NCBI GenBank assembly: GCA_963729625.1
Contig: CAVSOU010000007.1
Span: 480,001-544,000, forward strand
Length of the DNA: 64,000 nt
Direction of reading: 5' to 3'
DNA from: an uncultured bacterium
Lineage (GTDB): Bacteria > Chloroflexota > UBA5177 > JANWHV01
How positions within the stretch are numbered: position 1 is the first letter of the stretch; every line of letters begins with the position of its first letter. The notes under the pieces were generated by a model. The model saw nothing but the letters and a program-made list of their open reading frames with translations, was not told where the DNA came from and made no database searches. Shown here piece after piece: positions 1 to 10,029 of the stretch. A program made the position numbers and the translations under genes.

Positions 1-2
1 TG

Positions 3-2603
3 CGCACGGCGCTTCGCTGGGAGGCGCCAACCGATTTCAGCACCTGGCTGTATGCCCAGACCGACGGCTATCCCGCGCTCCTGCAGGCAGCGCTGCAGCA
101 CGTGCGTGCTGATGGCCTGCTCATGCGCCAGTCCAATGGTTCCGGGTGGGACGTCAGTCCCCTGTTCCGGGAATACGACCTCCGAGGCCTGCTGCAGCGC
201 GAGCGCGCGCGTGCCGAGGAGGCGAGCGAGCTCGTGCGGCCCTACGGGCTGCTGGTCGGGCGGACCGACGAGCTCCGCACGATCAAGCAATCGATCGCCG
301 GGGAGCAGCTGGTTGTGCTGGCTGGGCACGGTGGCGTGGGAAAGACGCACTTGGCCCTGCAAGCGGCAGCCGAGGTGGGCCCGCTATTCGCCGACGGTGT
401 GGTCGTCGTGCCGCTAGCAGCAACCACCACGGTCGAGTTCGTCGCCCTGGCGCTGGTGCATGCACTTGCGCTGGCCGTCGTCGGTCAGCAGGAGCCGTAT
501 GCCGTCGCCGTCGAGTACCTGACTGCCCGTGACATGCTGGTGGTGTTCGATGGTGCCGAAGATCTGGCCGGTATTGGCGTGCTTGTCCACGGGCTGCTCG
601 CGGCAGCGCCGAAGTTGCGGGTTCTGGCCACGACGCGCGACGCGGCAGTCATACACGCGAGATCCATCCTTACGCTGGGCGGACTGCACGATCACGACGA
701 GATCGTCCGTGCCGATGCCGGGGTGGCGAGCGGCGCCGCGCTCCTCGCCGCGCTCGCTGAGTGCGCGCGCGCGACGCCGGCAAGCAACCTCTACCTACTG
801 GCGTCGGGTCATGGTGTGCCAGGGACTCTGCCGGACGTGGCCACTGTAACGGCGATACGACGGCTCTGCCGCCTCGTGCACGGCTATCCACTGGCGATCA
901 AGATGCTGGCCGGCTGGACGACCTTTTTTGGGTATGAGGAACTCGTTGAGCGCGTCACAGAGCAGTTTCAAACAGCTCCCATAGGCGAGGTGCTAGATGA
1001 CGATGAGCCCGAGAACTCTCCCTTGCCGACAGTGTTTGGCTTCTTCTGGACCTTGCTGGCAGAGCACGATCGGCGCTGCATTAGCGGCCTTGCGCTGTTT
1101 CGTGGCGGTTTCACTGCCGAAGCAGCGCGTGAGGTCGCCGGGGCCACACCGTTTCTGCTGGCTGCGCTGGGCGATCGCGCGTTCATTCAGAGCGATCGCG
1201 CAGGCCGCTATCACCTGCACCAGTTGCTGCGCCAGTATGCCTCCACCTGGCTGCAGCAAGATGCGGCAGCGACTGCAGAGCTCAAGCGACGCCACGCGCT
1301 CTGGTACCTTCGCCTGGCCGAGGCAGCAGCCGAGGACATGCGGGGTCCGCACTTCGGTGACTGGGTTGAGCGGCTGGAAGCCGAACTTGACAATTTGCGC
1401 AGCGCGCTGACCTGGGCCCTGCAGCACGCGCCGGGGGCGGGACTGCAAGCGGCCGTGGGGCTGATCGAGTTTTGGCTGGCCGGATTCAACGCACGCGAAG
1501 GCCAGTCGTGGCTGGAACTGACGATTGCGTGCGCGGAAGATAGTGCTGAGGGATTGGCTCCCACGCTGCGCATGACAGCGCTGGGGAGGCTGGGGCGTTT
1601 GGAACGGCATTGCGGTGACACAGATGCTGCCCGCCTCCATTTAGTCGCCGCGGTGGACATGGCTGATGGCGACCAAGCCGGGAGCGATCGCGAGCTCGCC
1701 TACAGCCTGAGCACGCTGGCCAACATCGAATCGGATTTGGCCGCGCATGGGAAAGCTGTCGACCTGGCGCGGGAAGCTATGAACCATGTGCGGCGGATCA
1801 GCTCGCCGAAGGAGGTCGCCTTCACTGCAAACATGATCGTCTGGCCCTTGATTTTTGCTGGCGCCCTCGATCAGGCAAGCCGCGTTGCGGACGAGGGCCT
1901 GCAGGCGAGCGCTGCATCTGGTGATCGCCGCTCGACCGCCAACCTGACGAATGCCCGGGCCACTATCGCCTACGCCGATCCCGCCAAGCATGACCAGGCC
2001 ATCGCGCTCCGCCAGCACGCCATCGACCTCTACCGCGAGCTCCATGACTGGAGCGGACTCTTGCTCGCGGTCAACGATCTGGCCAGAGCCTACACCGATG
2101 ACAACCGGCTCGACCTTGCCGCTCAGACCTTCGGAGAGGCCCGCCGCATTGGACAGCGGCTGAAGCAGCATCGTGCGATGGCCGGCGTGCTGAGCGGCAG
2201 CGGCACGGTCGCCAGCCTCCGAGGCGACACTGCCACGGCATGGGCGTTCTGGCATGAAGCTATGGAACTTGCCCTCGCGGCCGGCAACGTCGCGATCCTC
2301 GAGGAGTGTGAGATCGGCCTCGCGGACGTCTGGGCACGAGCCGGTTTCACCGAGCAGGCCGCCGTAGTGCTTGGCATGATTGGCCTGCAGCCCAGCGGCA
2401 AGCCATGGCTGCCGCTTCCGATTGAAAGGGTCAGTGCCTTGGTGCGGGCGGCGCTACCCGCGCCACGATGGGAGGCACTGCTGCGCCACGGCGCCGGCCT
2501 GGCGGCCACGGACGTGGCGCGCCTGCTGCTGTCACGCACCGGTCCACTCGACCTGCCCGGAACTATCTCGCTTGAGGCTGCGGGGTCCGAGCCCCCAGCC
2601 TGA
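3..2603 (+). CDS. STAND-class (NB-ARC-like) ATPase with C-terminal TPR repeats, 5'-partial
   Basis: Frame is open from position 3 (RTALRWEAP...TDGYPALLQ). Walker A GHGGVGKT, Walker B LVVFDGAE, GYPLAI (GxP) motif, RYHLHQLLRQYA winged helix and an Ala-rich TPR-like C-terminus. Confidence 0.85.
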   Translation, partial: RTALRWEAPTDFSTWLYAQTDGYPALLQAALQHVRADGLLMRQSNGSGWDVSPLFREYDLRGLLQRERARAEEASELVRPYGLLVGRTDELRTIKQSIAGEQLVVLAGHGGVGKTHLALQAAAEVGPLFADGVVVVPLAATTTVEFVALALVHALALAVVGQQEPYAVAVEYLTARDMLVVFDGAEDLAGIGVLVHGLLAAAPKLRVLATTRDAAVIHARSILTLGGLHDHDEIVRADAGVASGAALLAALAECARATPASNLYLLASGHGVPGTLPDVATVTAIRRLCRLVHGYPLAIKMLAGWTTFFGYEELVERVTEQFQTAPIGEVLDDDEPENSPLPTVFGFFWTLLAEHDRRCISGLALFRGGFTAEAAREVAGATPFLLAALGDRAFIQSDRAGRYHLHQLLRQYASTWLQQDAAATAELKRRHALWYLRLAEAAAEDMRGPHFGDWVERLEAELDNLRSALTWALQHAPGAGLQAAVGLIEFWLAGFNAREGQSWLELTIACAEDSAEGLAPTLRMTALGRLGRLERHCGDTDAARLHLVAAVDMADGDQAGSDRELAYSLSTLANIESDLAAHGKAVDLAREAMNHVRRISSPKEVAFTANMIVWPLIFAGALDQASRVADEGLQASAASGDRRSTANLTNARATIAYADPAKHDQAIALRQHAIDLYRELHDWSGLLLAVNDLARAYTDDNRLDLAAQTFGEARRIGQRLKQHRAMAGVLSGSGTVASLRGDTATAWAFWHEAMELALAAGNVAILEECEIGLADVWARAGFTEQAAVVLGMIGLQPSGKPWLPLPIERVSALVRAALPAPRWEALLRHGAGLAATDVARLLLSRTGPLDLPGTISLEAAGSEPPA

Positions 2604-2910
2604 TCGCGTGGTGGCCAGTGCCAACGCCTGCGTCTGCTACTCTGGCTTCTCGTCGTGGCTCATGCGGGCGCTGTGGCTCGCCGGCTCGAGGCGCGCAGGC
2701 ACCAGGATTCGAAGGCCCGGAACTCGGGTCCGTGTCCCCAGCCGCAAGGTAATGCGGGTGGTCGTGCAGGTACTCTCCATACTGGTCCGACGGAGATGTG
2801 GCACGGAATCGCTGGCCGATGGCCAAGCACGCTCGCTCCGATTGCCCAGGAGGACGCCACGGAGCGAAGCCGGACCACCGCGAAGCGAGGCGCTGCCGGA
2901 CGTCCGCGCG

Positions 2911-4248
2911 TCAGGCGACTTCCAGGCGTTCGCGCGCGTACCGCCGCAGCGTCTCCAGCAGGCAGTAGCGCGGCTGATCGCGCAGGTCCGCCTGCACTAC
3001 GGAGGCTTCGACCAGGCGCGCCAGCAGATCCGGGACCTCACCCGGCGCGAGCGGCGGTTCGGCGCAGACGGCTTCCGCCGATTCGAGCGTAAACCAGCCG
3101 GGAAACGCGGCGAGACGCAACCACAAGATGCGCTCAGGCTCCGTGAGCAGCTCGTAGTCCCAGTCCAGCATCGCACGCAGCGTCTGATGGTGCCCGGGCG
3201 AGCTCGGGCCTGTCGCATGGAGAAAATCGGACCTATCTGGTAACCGGTCGGCCACGACACGCACCCCCAGGCTGGCTACTCTCGCCGCCGCCAGCTCCAG
3301 GGCGTGCGGCAATCCGTCCAGGTGGGCGCAGATACGACTGACGGCCTCGGCGTTGTCCTGGGAGAGCACGAAATCAACCTGCGCGGCCCTGGCCCTCTCC
3401 ACGAAGAAGTGAATGGCGTCGACCGCGGCCAGGTCCTCCACACGTGGAAGAGGGTCGAGCGAGGGGACGGCAAGCGGTGCGAGACGGAACAGCCGCTCGC
3501 CGGGCAAGCCGAGGACGCGGCGGCTTGTCGCGAGGATCTGCAGCGTGGGGCATGCGCCTAGGAGCGTGCCGGCGAGCCGAGTGCACTCGTCCCGCACGTG
3601 CTCGCAGTTGTCAAGCACGAGCAGGAGCGTCCGGGGGCGCAGCGCCTCGACAAGCGCCTCGAGCAGTCCCCGGTCCGCGGGTGGGAGAATGCCGAGCATC
3701 TCGGCCAGCGCCTGGGGCAGCACGGCCGGCTCGCTCAGTGAAGCAAGCTCCAGGAGCCATACACCATCGCCGTAGCGGCCGCGCACGCCGGCCGCGACTT
3801 CAAGGGCAAGGCGCGTCTTGCCCACCCCACCAGGGCCTGTAATCGTGACCAGCCGGCCCTGCTGGAGCAGGGCCGCGGCCTGCGCGATGACCGGAAGGCC
3901 GATGTAGTCGTCGAGAGGTGACACCAGATTGCCTCGGGCGGGAGCCCGTTTCGCGGCCGGCCGCGCCTTCTGCACGCAGTCGCCTTCGCCGTAGAGCGCC
4001 GATGCCGGCCGGGGCTGGGTCACGCGCGCAAGTATCAGTAAGGCCGCGCGATCCGTCTCCGTGAGGTCGAGGGCCAGTGCCAGTCGGCCGGCGGTGTCTC
4101 GGTAGGGTTGGTGCACGCCTCTCTCGAGGGCGCGGACGGTCCGCTTGCTGACTCCGGCTCGTGCTGCCAACGTCTCCTGCGTCATTCCGCGGGCCAGCCG
4201 GTGGCGGCGCAAGACCAGCCCAAATGGTTCGACAACAACTTCACCCAT
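2911..4248 (-). CDS. XRE-HTH + NB-ARC ATPase regulator, apparently C-terminally truncated
   Basis: FGLVLRRHRLARGMTQETLAARAGVSKRTVRALERG (XRE HTH), GPGGVGKT, LVLDNCEH, LDGLPHALELAA. Ends at LLETLRRYARERLEVA with no TPR region. ATG 4248 is preceded by GAGG. Confidence 0.8.
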   Translation of the reverse strand: MGEVVVEPFGLVLRRHRLARGMTQETLAARAGVSKRTVRALERGVHQPYRDTAGRLALALDLTETDRAALLILARVTQPRPASALYGEGDCVQKARPAAKRAPARGNLVSPLDDYIGLPVIAQAAALLQQGRLVTITGPGGVGKTRLALEVAAGVRGRYGDGVWLLELASLSEPAVLPQALAEMLGILPPADRGLLEALVEALRPRTLLLVLDNCEHVRDECTRLAGTLLGACPTLQILATSRRVLGLPGERLFRLAPLAVPSLDPLPRVEDLAAVDAIHFFVERARAAQVDFVLSQDNAEAVSRICAHLDGLPHALELAAARVASLGVRVVADRLPDRSDFLHATGPSSPGHHQTLRAMLDWDYELLTEPERILWLRLAAFPGWFTLESAEAVCAEPPLAPGEVPDLLARLVEASVVQADLRDQPRYCLLETLRRYARERLEVA

Positions 4249-4594
4249 GTGGCACCTCGCGGAGTGATGGAAGATGCCGATCGCCCAGACCTCGGTTGCG
4301 GTCGAGGATGGGCCTGCTTCCGCACGCAAGCAGCCCCTGCCGCATCTATGGTGCCATATCTCGCGCCGGCGTGGTGTTGACCTCACGTGCAACCTGGCTT
4401 GCACGCGCCGCTCCGACTGAATCAGCCACGGAATGCAGGGGCCGTGCCGAGAAGTGTTCGATGGCTTCGACAAGCGAAGGCGCTTGATTCAGCTCCGGTT
4501 GATGCCATGGACAGACAGTATTCGTGTGCGACGGCTCATTGGTGTCCGGCACTCTCCCGCAGTACGTGGGACGCGGGACAAGGGGCGATCGGAC

Positions 4595-7500
4595 TTAACC
4601 GGCGGCGTGTGCCAGGAGACGAGATCCGTGGCGCAGCGACTCCACGCCTGCGGCAATCGGCGTCTCCGCGATCTTCTCACTGGGCCGGCCAAGATAGTAG
4701 CCCTGAACGCCCTGCACGCCGCGCGGGAGCGTAACCCCTCCCGGGCCGCACTGCCGAACGAAGTCGAGCATCTCCCGTGTCTCGATGCCCTCGGCAATCA
4801 CGTAGGCGCCCATTCCGCTCGCGATGGAGATGATGCCCGCGAGCACGGCCCTCGCGGTCCTGTTCGTGAGTGCTCCATGTACCACGCCGCTATCCACCTT
4901 GATGAAGTCCATCGGAAGCTGGCTCAGCATCTCCAGCCCCGCGTTGCCGGCTCCCGTGTCGTCAAGCGCCAGCCTGAAGCCCGACCCGCGCAATCGCTTG
5001 GCATCACGCACGACCATGGCCAGACGCGCCATCGAGCGCTCCGTCAGCTCGAGCACGACACGCTCCGGTGCCAGCCCCGCTGCGCGCACGGCGCGCTCGA
5101 GGCTATCGTGCGCCAGCAGTCCGTGGTCGAGCGTTTGTGGCGAGATATTGATGAACAACAGCGCGTCGGGCGGAAGCTCCGCGGCCCTGCCCAGGATGGC
5201 GCGCCTGCAGACTGCGTCCAGGTCCTGCGCCCGCCCCATCTTTTCGGCGATATCGAATGCTTCCAGTGGACCGGCCAGGCCGAGCTCCGCGGGAGGCCTG
5301 GCCAGCGCCTCGTACGCAAACACGGTGCCCCGGGCCACGTCCCAGATCGGCTGGAACGCCACGCCCATGATCTGCTCGCTGATCAGTCTGTGTACGATCT
5401 GGCGCTGCGAGGAGGAGCTGATTGACGCACTGTCCTTCACCTCGTCGTACGTCGCGACTCTGTTGCGGCCACGCCGCTTTACGTCCTCTAGAGCCGCGCG
5501 TGCCTGTTGCTGCAAGGTGTCCGAGTCCGTATCTCCCATCGCGAGCGCGGCGACGCCGACACTCACGGTCGCTCCGGCCAGCCTCAGCTCGACTTCCCGG
5601 CGAAGGTGTTCCATGCTGGTGCGCGCCTCCGCGGGCCCGGTATGCGGCAGAATCAGGGCAAACTCGTCGCCGTGCACCCGGAAGGCGCGTGCCTGCCGGC
5701 AGGTATCCCGCAACATGCCGGCGACCTGCGTCAGGATGCGATCGCCGTGCGCCTGACCGCGCCGGTCGTTGATCAGCTTGAACTCGTCGACGTTTATCAG
5801 GGCCAAGGCGACTTGCTCTCCGTGGCGTGCGGCACGCTCGAGCTCTCGCTGCAGCTCTTCGCGGAACCAGCGATGGTTCCCCAGGCCGGTCAGGCCGTCG
5901 GTGAGGGCCGCGCGGGAGAGCTGGCGGTTCACACGCTGCAACGCAGCCATGCTCTCCTTGGTCTGCCTGACATATTGGCGCTGCACCCGGTGCATCATGA
6001 ACGCCGGCAAGGTGAACACGAGGGCGCCCAGATACCCTGTCTCGGCATAGGCGACGCCCAACAGGAGACCCACACCGCAGAGGGCCACGTAGTGCCCGGC
6101 GAGCCAGCGGTACTGGGCCAGCCAGGTTGAGCGTGCCTGCTCCCCCTCGCTCAGACTGAGCGCAGCGGCAACCAATCCCGTGTCGATCAAGAAGTATGCC
6201 GCCGCCGCCATCGCCCCCGGTGCGGCCAGTCCCGGCAAGGACCGCGCTGTGAGCGGGACGCCGGCGACTTGAATCAGCAACGCGGGCGCGAAGCCCGCCA
6301 GCACATGGGTGGCCCAGTTGTACGCCGCCCGGTGCAGGTGCTCGATATGCCGGCCACAACGGAAATGATGGGCGAGTGCGACCGCGGCGCTGACGCACGC
6401 GACGCCCGGAATGCCGCTCAGCAACGCGGCCGCAAACACGAGGCTGACGGACACGGAGACCGTGCCTCGCCCGTAGAGGTCGACCTGCGCCACTTCGGCG
6501 AGCACGGCCAGGGCCATAAAGAGCCAGATTGCCCCCGGCGCTACCTGTACACCTTGCCGCAGGCCGATCGCGGAGACGGCTGCCCCAGCGACGATCACGG
6601 TGGCGACGAACACCCATTGCAGCCAGGAGCGCTCGGCAGGCTCGCCGGGCAGCTGCGGCGGAGCGGGCGGGTTGGAGAGCTCGGGCTCCGCGCTCGCTTC
6701 GCCCGCTACATGGTCCGCCGGCATCCCCCGGCCCAGCGTTGCCGGAAGCGCGTTTGGCGCCTGAAGCGTTTCTGCGGAGGTGCGGCCCGGGTCGTGGGGC
6801 CCTGGCTTCGCTTCAATCCGTCCGCCAGGCACATCGGCCGCACAGACCACACAGTTCCGTCCTCTTGCCTTCGCCGCATAGCACGCCAGGTCGGCAGCTT
6901 GCACGAGGTCCCTGGCGTTCTCGCCGTCTTGCGGATAGCCCGCCACGCCCAGGCTCATGGTCACGCCTATGGGCTCGGCGCTGGTGGCCACCGTGAATCT
7001 CGCCGCCGCCACCGCCTGCCGCAGGCGTTCCGCCAGGGCCTCGGCCTCGGCAGGCTCGCGCTCGGGGGCGACCACGGCAAATTCTTCGCCGCCGAAGCGG
7101 CCGGCCACATCATATTCACTCGCGGTCTCCCGGATGACCCTGCCGATTCCTGCCAGCACCACGTCTCCTGCGAGGTGGCCGTACGTGTTGTTGATGTCGC
7201 GCAGCAAGTCGAGATCGGCCATGATCAGGGCCAGAGGCCTGCCGAAACGGCGGGCTCGTTCCAGTTCGGCGTCGAGCTGCAGGTTGAAGTGTCGCGCGTT
7301 GTCGAGTCCGGTCTTGCCGTCGATGTTTGCTTCATGTTTCAGCTGGGGAACCATCAGCGCTTGATAGATCAACACCAGCGGTGAGAGTGCCGCCACGGTG
7401 TACCAGGGCTCCACCTGCCAGAGCGCGGCAAGCACGAGGCCCATGAGGGCCATGACCAGGTCGAGGGTGACGCTCGTACTCTCCATCACGCCGGATTCGC

Positions 7501-8017
7501 GCCAGGACACTCCCCGCGCCAGGACCAGGGCGAGGCCCAGCAGCAGGTGGTTGAGGATCACATAGGCTATCGCCGTGAGCAGTCCGGCAGCCACGCGCGG
7601 CGGCACAATGCCGCCGGGGACGTCCACGTCGATCTGCAGGTCGAGCCATCCGGCTCCCAGGCCGCCAAGGCTGTACATGGAGAAGTTGAACGGCTGCAGG
7701 TACCAGCTGCGTAGGTGAGGGCTATCGACCCATCGCTCCCTGATCCACTCGATCGCGTGCGGCACGGCGACGAGGAGGATCACCAGGAGCGGCGGCAGGA
7801 GGAGGGCGCCGGCGAAGAAGAAAATGGGGCTGGCATAGAAGAGTATGTGATTCGGCGCTTCGGCCTTGAAGAGCTGCGCGAGGGTGGCGAACACGGCGAG
7901 CGCGGCGAACGTCTCCCAGGTCACCGGCGTCGCGCTGAACGAGTGCAGCGCCGCCGCGGACAGACCAATAGCCAGCAGCATTACGGAGCCCACGTAGGTC
8001 CAGGCCGGCTTCGACAT
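4595..8017 (-). CDS. Membrane-sensor diguanylate cyclase/phosphodiesterase: TM block-GGDEF-TM block-degenerate GGDEF-EAL
   Basis: Hydrophobic N-terminal ~225 aa; DGKTGL, DLDLLRDINNTYGHLAGD, RFGGEEF; second TM block; DGLTGL...RVHGDEF; YEALARP, ELTE, LDDTGAG, IAEGIET. RBS GGAAAGGA. Confidence 0.92.
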   Translation of the reverse strand: MSKPAWTYVGSVMLLAIGLSAAALHSFSATPVTWETFAALAVFATLAQLFKAEAPNHILFYASPIFFFAGALLLPPLLVILLVAVPHAIEWIRERWVDSPHLRSWYLQPFNFSMYSLGGLGAGWLDLQIDVDVPGGIVPPRVAAGLLTAIAYVILNHLLLGLALVLARGVSWRESGVMESTSVTLDLVMALMGLVLAALWQVEPWYTVAALSPLVLIYQALMVPQLKHEANIDGKTGLDNARHFNLQLDAELERARRFGRPLALIMADLDLLRDINNTYGHLAGDVVLAGIGRVIRETASEYDVAGRFGGEEFAVVAPEREPAEAEALAERLRQAVAAARFTVATSAEPIGVTMSLGVAGYPQDGENARDLVQAADLACYAAKARGRNCVVCAADVPGGRIEAKPGPHDPGRTSAETLQAPNALPATLGRGMPADHVAGEASAEPELSNPPAPPQLPGEPAERSWLQWVFVATVIVAGAAVSAIGLRQGVQVAPGAIWLFMALAVLAEVAQVDLYGRGTVSVSVSLVFAAALLSGIPGVACVSAAVALAHHFRCGRHIEHLHRAAYNWATHVLAGFAPALLIQVAGVPLTARSLPGLAAPGAMAAAAYFLIDTGLVAAALSLSEGEQARSTWLAQYRWLAGHYVALCGVGLLLGVAYAETGYLGALVFTLPAFMMHRVQRQYVRQTKESMAALQRVNRQLSRAALTDGLTGLGNHRWFREELQRELERAARHGEQVALALINVDEFKLINDRRGQAHGDRILTQVAGMLRDTCRQARAFRVHGDEFALILPHTGPAEARTSMEHLRREVELRLAGATVSVGVAALAMGDTDSDTLQQQARAALEDVKRRGRNRVATYDEVKDSASISSSSQRQIVHRLISEQIMGVAFQPIWDVARGTVFAYEALARPPAELGLAGPLEAFDIAEKMGRAQDLDAVCRRAILGRAAELPPDALLFINISPQTLDHGLLAHDSLERAVRAAGLAPERVVLELTERSMARLAMVVRDAKRLRGSGFRLALDDTGAGNAGLEMLSQLPMDFIKVDSGVVHGALTNRTARAVLAGIISIASGMGAYVIAEGIETREMLDFVRQCGPGGVTLPRGVQGVQGYYLGRPSEKIAETPIAAGVESLRHGSRLLAHAAG

Positions 8018-8276
8018 GTCCGTCCTTTCCCAGCTTGCACCAATGCGGGCCGGGAGCGCAACCCGGCCGCTTCAACAGGAGTTATCGGCAGAAGGTGACC
8101 CCTTCAGCAGCCGGAAGCGGCTGAGTAAGCGGCAGAGTTTAGGGCAGAGTTGGAGCGCTGCCCTCATCCGTTGCCCGCCTGCAACGGGCGCCGCTAGCGC
8201 ACGAGACCGGGGCAGGGTGTGCCTGCCCCGGCCAAGAGACGAAACGCGGGATCGCGTAGCCGTTGCTTCGACTCGG

Positions 8277-9857
8277 CTAGCCCCAGTAGTCGCTGCCCCA
8301 GCTTGCTGAACCCCAACTGGCCGAACCCCAGCTGGCTGAACCCCAGCTGGCTGAACCCCAACTGGCCGAACCCCAACTGGCCGAACCCCAACTGGCCGAA
8401 CCCCAACTGGCCGAACCCCAACTGGCCGAACCCCAGCTGGCCGCCGGATTGCCGGTCTGAATCGAGGCTGCCGGGGCCACACCGACGTTGGCGCTTGCCG
8501 TGCTGGGGTTCGCTACAGCCGCCGCCACATTGACCTCACCGGCACCCACCCCGCTGGTCGAGGCCACCGGCGAGGCCGTGGCCGTCAGGCGGTACTTCAC
8601 CTGATTCGGGGTCAAGCCGGGTTGGGCCTGCAGCAGCAGGGCCACCGCCCCGGAGACCATCGGCGCCGCCATCGACGTGCCGGACATGCGGAAGTAGTTA
8701 CTGTTGACGATGTTCGCGGGATGAGCGGTCGCCAGCGTATCGGAGGGACTGGCCAGGACGCTGACGATGTTGACTCCTGGCGCCACCAGATCCGGCTTGT
8801 TCATTAGGGACGTAAGCCCCGCCGTCGTGGAGATCGGGATGGTGCCAAATGAGGAGAACGATGCCAGGGTGTCGTCGCTCTGGTTTACCGTACCCTGGTC
8901 GTTCACCGCGCCCACGGTGATCGCGAAGGGGTCGTTGGCCGGGGCGAACAGCACCCCGGCGTTGGTGTTCCCGTTGTTGCCGGCTGAAACTACCACTACG
9001 ATCCCGGCATTCCAGAGCGTTTCCACCGCGGCATCCAGCGGATCCACCTGGTAGCTGTCGGCCACGGTGCTGTTCAGCGACAGGTTGACCACCCGGATGT
9101 TGCCGGTCGTCCGGTTGTTATACACCCACTGCAGACCGTTGACCACGTCGGACACGGAGGCCATGCCCTGATCGTCACTGATCTTGACGTCGATGAGATT
9201 GGCCTGGGGAGCGACGCCGATATAGGCCCCGGCAGAGTTGGCACCGTTTCCGCCGATGATCCCGGCTACATGGGTGCCATGGCCGTAGGGATCACCGCCG
9301 AAAGTCGTCCTGCTATTGATAATCTTCATGGCGACCATGTGCTCTTCGATAGCCGACGCCATGCCGCTGTCCACCACCGCGACGCCAACTCCCTGCCCCT
9401 GATACTGGGACCAGAGGGAGCCGGCGCCAATGGACTGCGGATAGACGTCATTGAGCGTCGCCGCGTTGCAGCAGCTGTAGCTCGACTTGACCACCGGCGC
9501 GTCCAGCGACACCCAGCGCACGCCGGGCATGGCGGCCAGACGGGGCACCGACCGGGCCGGCAGCCGCACGGCCAGGGCGTGGATGATCGGAAGCCGGCGC
9601 GTCACACGAGCGCCCAGACCGTCCAGCCCCCAGTTGACGCTCTGCCCGGCGTCCCGCAGCTGCACGATCACGCCGACCTGGGCGTCGGGGTGCGCCGCAG
9701 CCAGCTGCAGTAGGGCGGGCTGGGCGCGCAGCGGTGCCGCCGCCTGCACCGGAGAGCGTCCTTGCAAGGGCAGGCAGGCCGCTAGGCCCAGCAGCAGGGC
9801 GACACACAATCTGGGCAGGCTAACCGACCGGTTCACTGTTCCATCTCGCGCACTCAA
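8277..9857 (-). CDS. Secreted S8 (subtilisin-family) serine peptidase with C-terminal (ASWGS)x10-DYWG tail
   Basis: Signal peptide (VQA-A) and prodomain. Catalytic motifs VAVVDSG, HGTHVAG, SAGN, GTSMAAP. AGGAGG precedes the TTG start. Confidence 0.95.
   Translation of the reverse strand: MSARDGTVNRSVSLPRLCVALLLGLAACLPLQGRSPVQAAAPLRAQPALLQLAAAHPDAQVGVIVQLRDAGQSVNWGLDGLGARVTRRLPIIHALAVRLPARSVPRLAAMPGVRWVSLDAPVVKSSYSCCNAATLNDVYPQSIGAGSLWSQYQGQGVGVAVVDSGMASAIEEHMVAMKIINSRTTFGGDPYGHGTHVAGIIGGNGANSAGAYIGVAPQANLIDVKISDDQGMASVSDVVNGLQWVYNNRTTGNIRVVNLSLNSTVADSYQVDPLDAAVETLWNAGIVVVVSAGNNGNTNAGVLFAPANDPFAITVGAVNDQGTVNQSDDTLASFSSFGTIPISTTAGLTSLMNKPDLVAPGVNIVSVLASPSDTLATAHPANIVNSNYFRMSGTSMAAPMVSGAVALLLQAQPGLTPNQVKYRLTATASPVASTSGVGAGEVNVAAAVANPSTASANVGVAPAASIQTGNPAASWGSASWGSASWGSASWGSASWGSASWGSASWGSASWGSASWGSASWGSDYWG
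8292..8441 (-). repeat. 15-bp x10 coding tandem repeat (ASWGS)
   Basis: CCCCA recurs every 15 bp from 8296 to 8431. Variation between units is synonymous in the peptidase frame (AGC/AGT, TCG/TCA, GCC/GCA). Confidence 0.97.
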
Positions 9858-10029
9858 TGGGTCCTCCTTTGCGCTCTACACCTGGATTGCGCGTGTGCAG
9901 GACGGCTCCCAGATTCATTTCCCAGGAGATACCATTCCTGCTCCACACGATTGTACTTTGGAGGCAAGGGCTCGAACACCCCTAAACGAGGGGGCACACT
10001 CTTGCTAGCCCGTCTGGGTCGTCGGTTGC

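Noticed and set aside
4433-7384. Long overlapping ORFs within the cyclase gene, and similar ones over rqcH, ilvD and EamA
   Set aside because: Typical antisense or off-frame shadows in high-GC DNA, with no recognisable motifs.
8292-8441. Tandem repeat as a CRISPR array, or alternative-frame ORFs (GFGQL, NPNWP, VRPVG repeats)
   Set aside because: There are no spacers, and variation is synonymous only in the ASWGS frame of the peptidase; the other frames are shadows.
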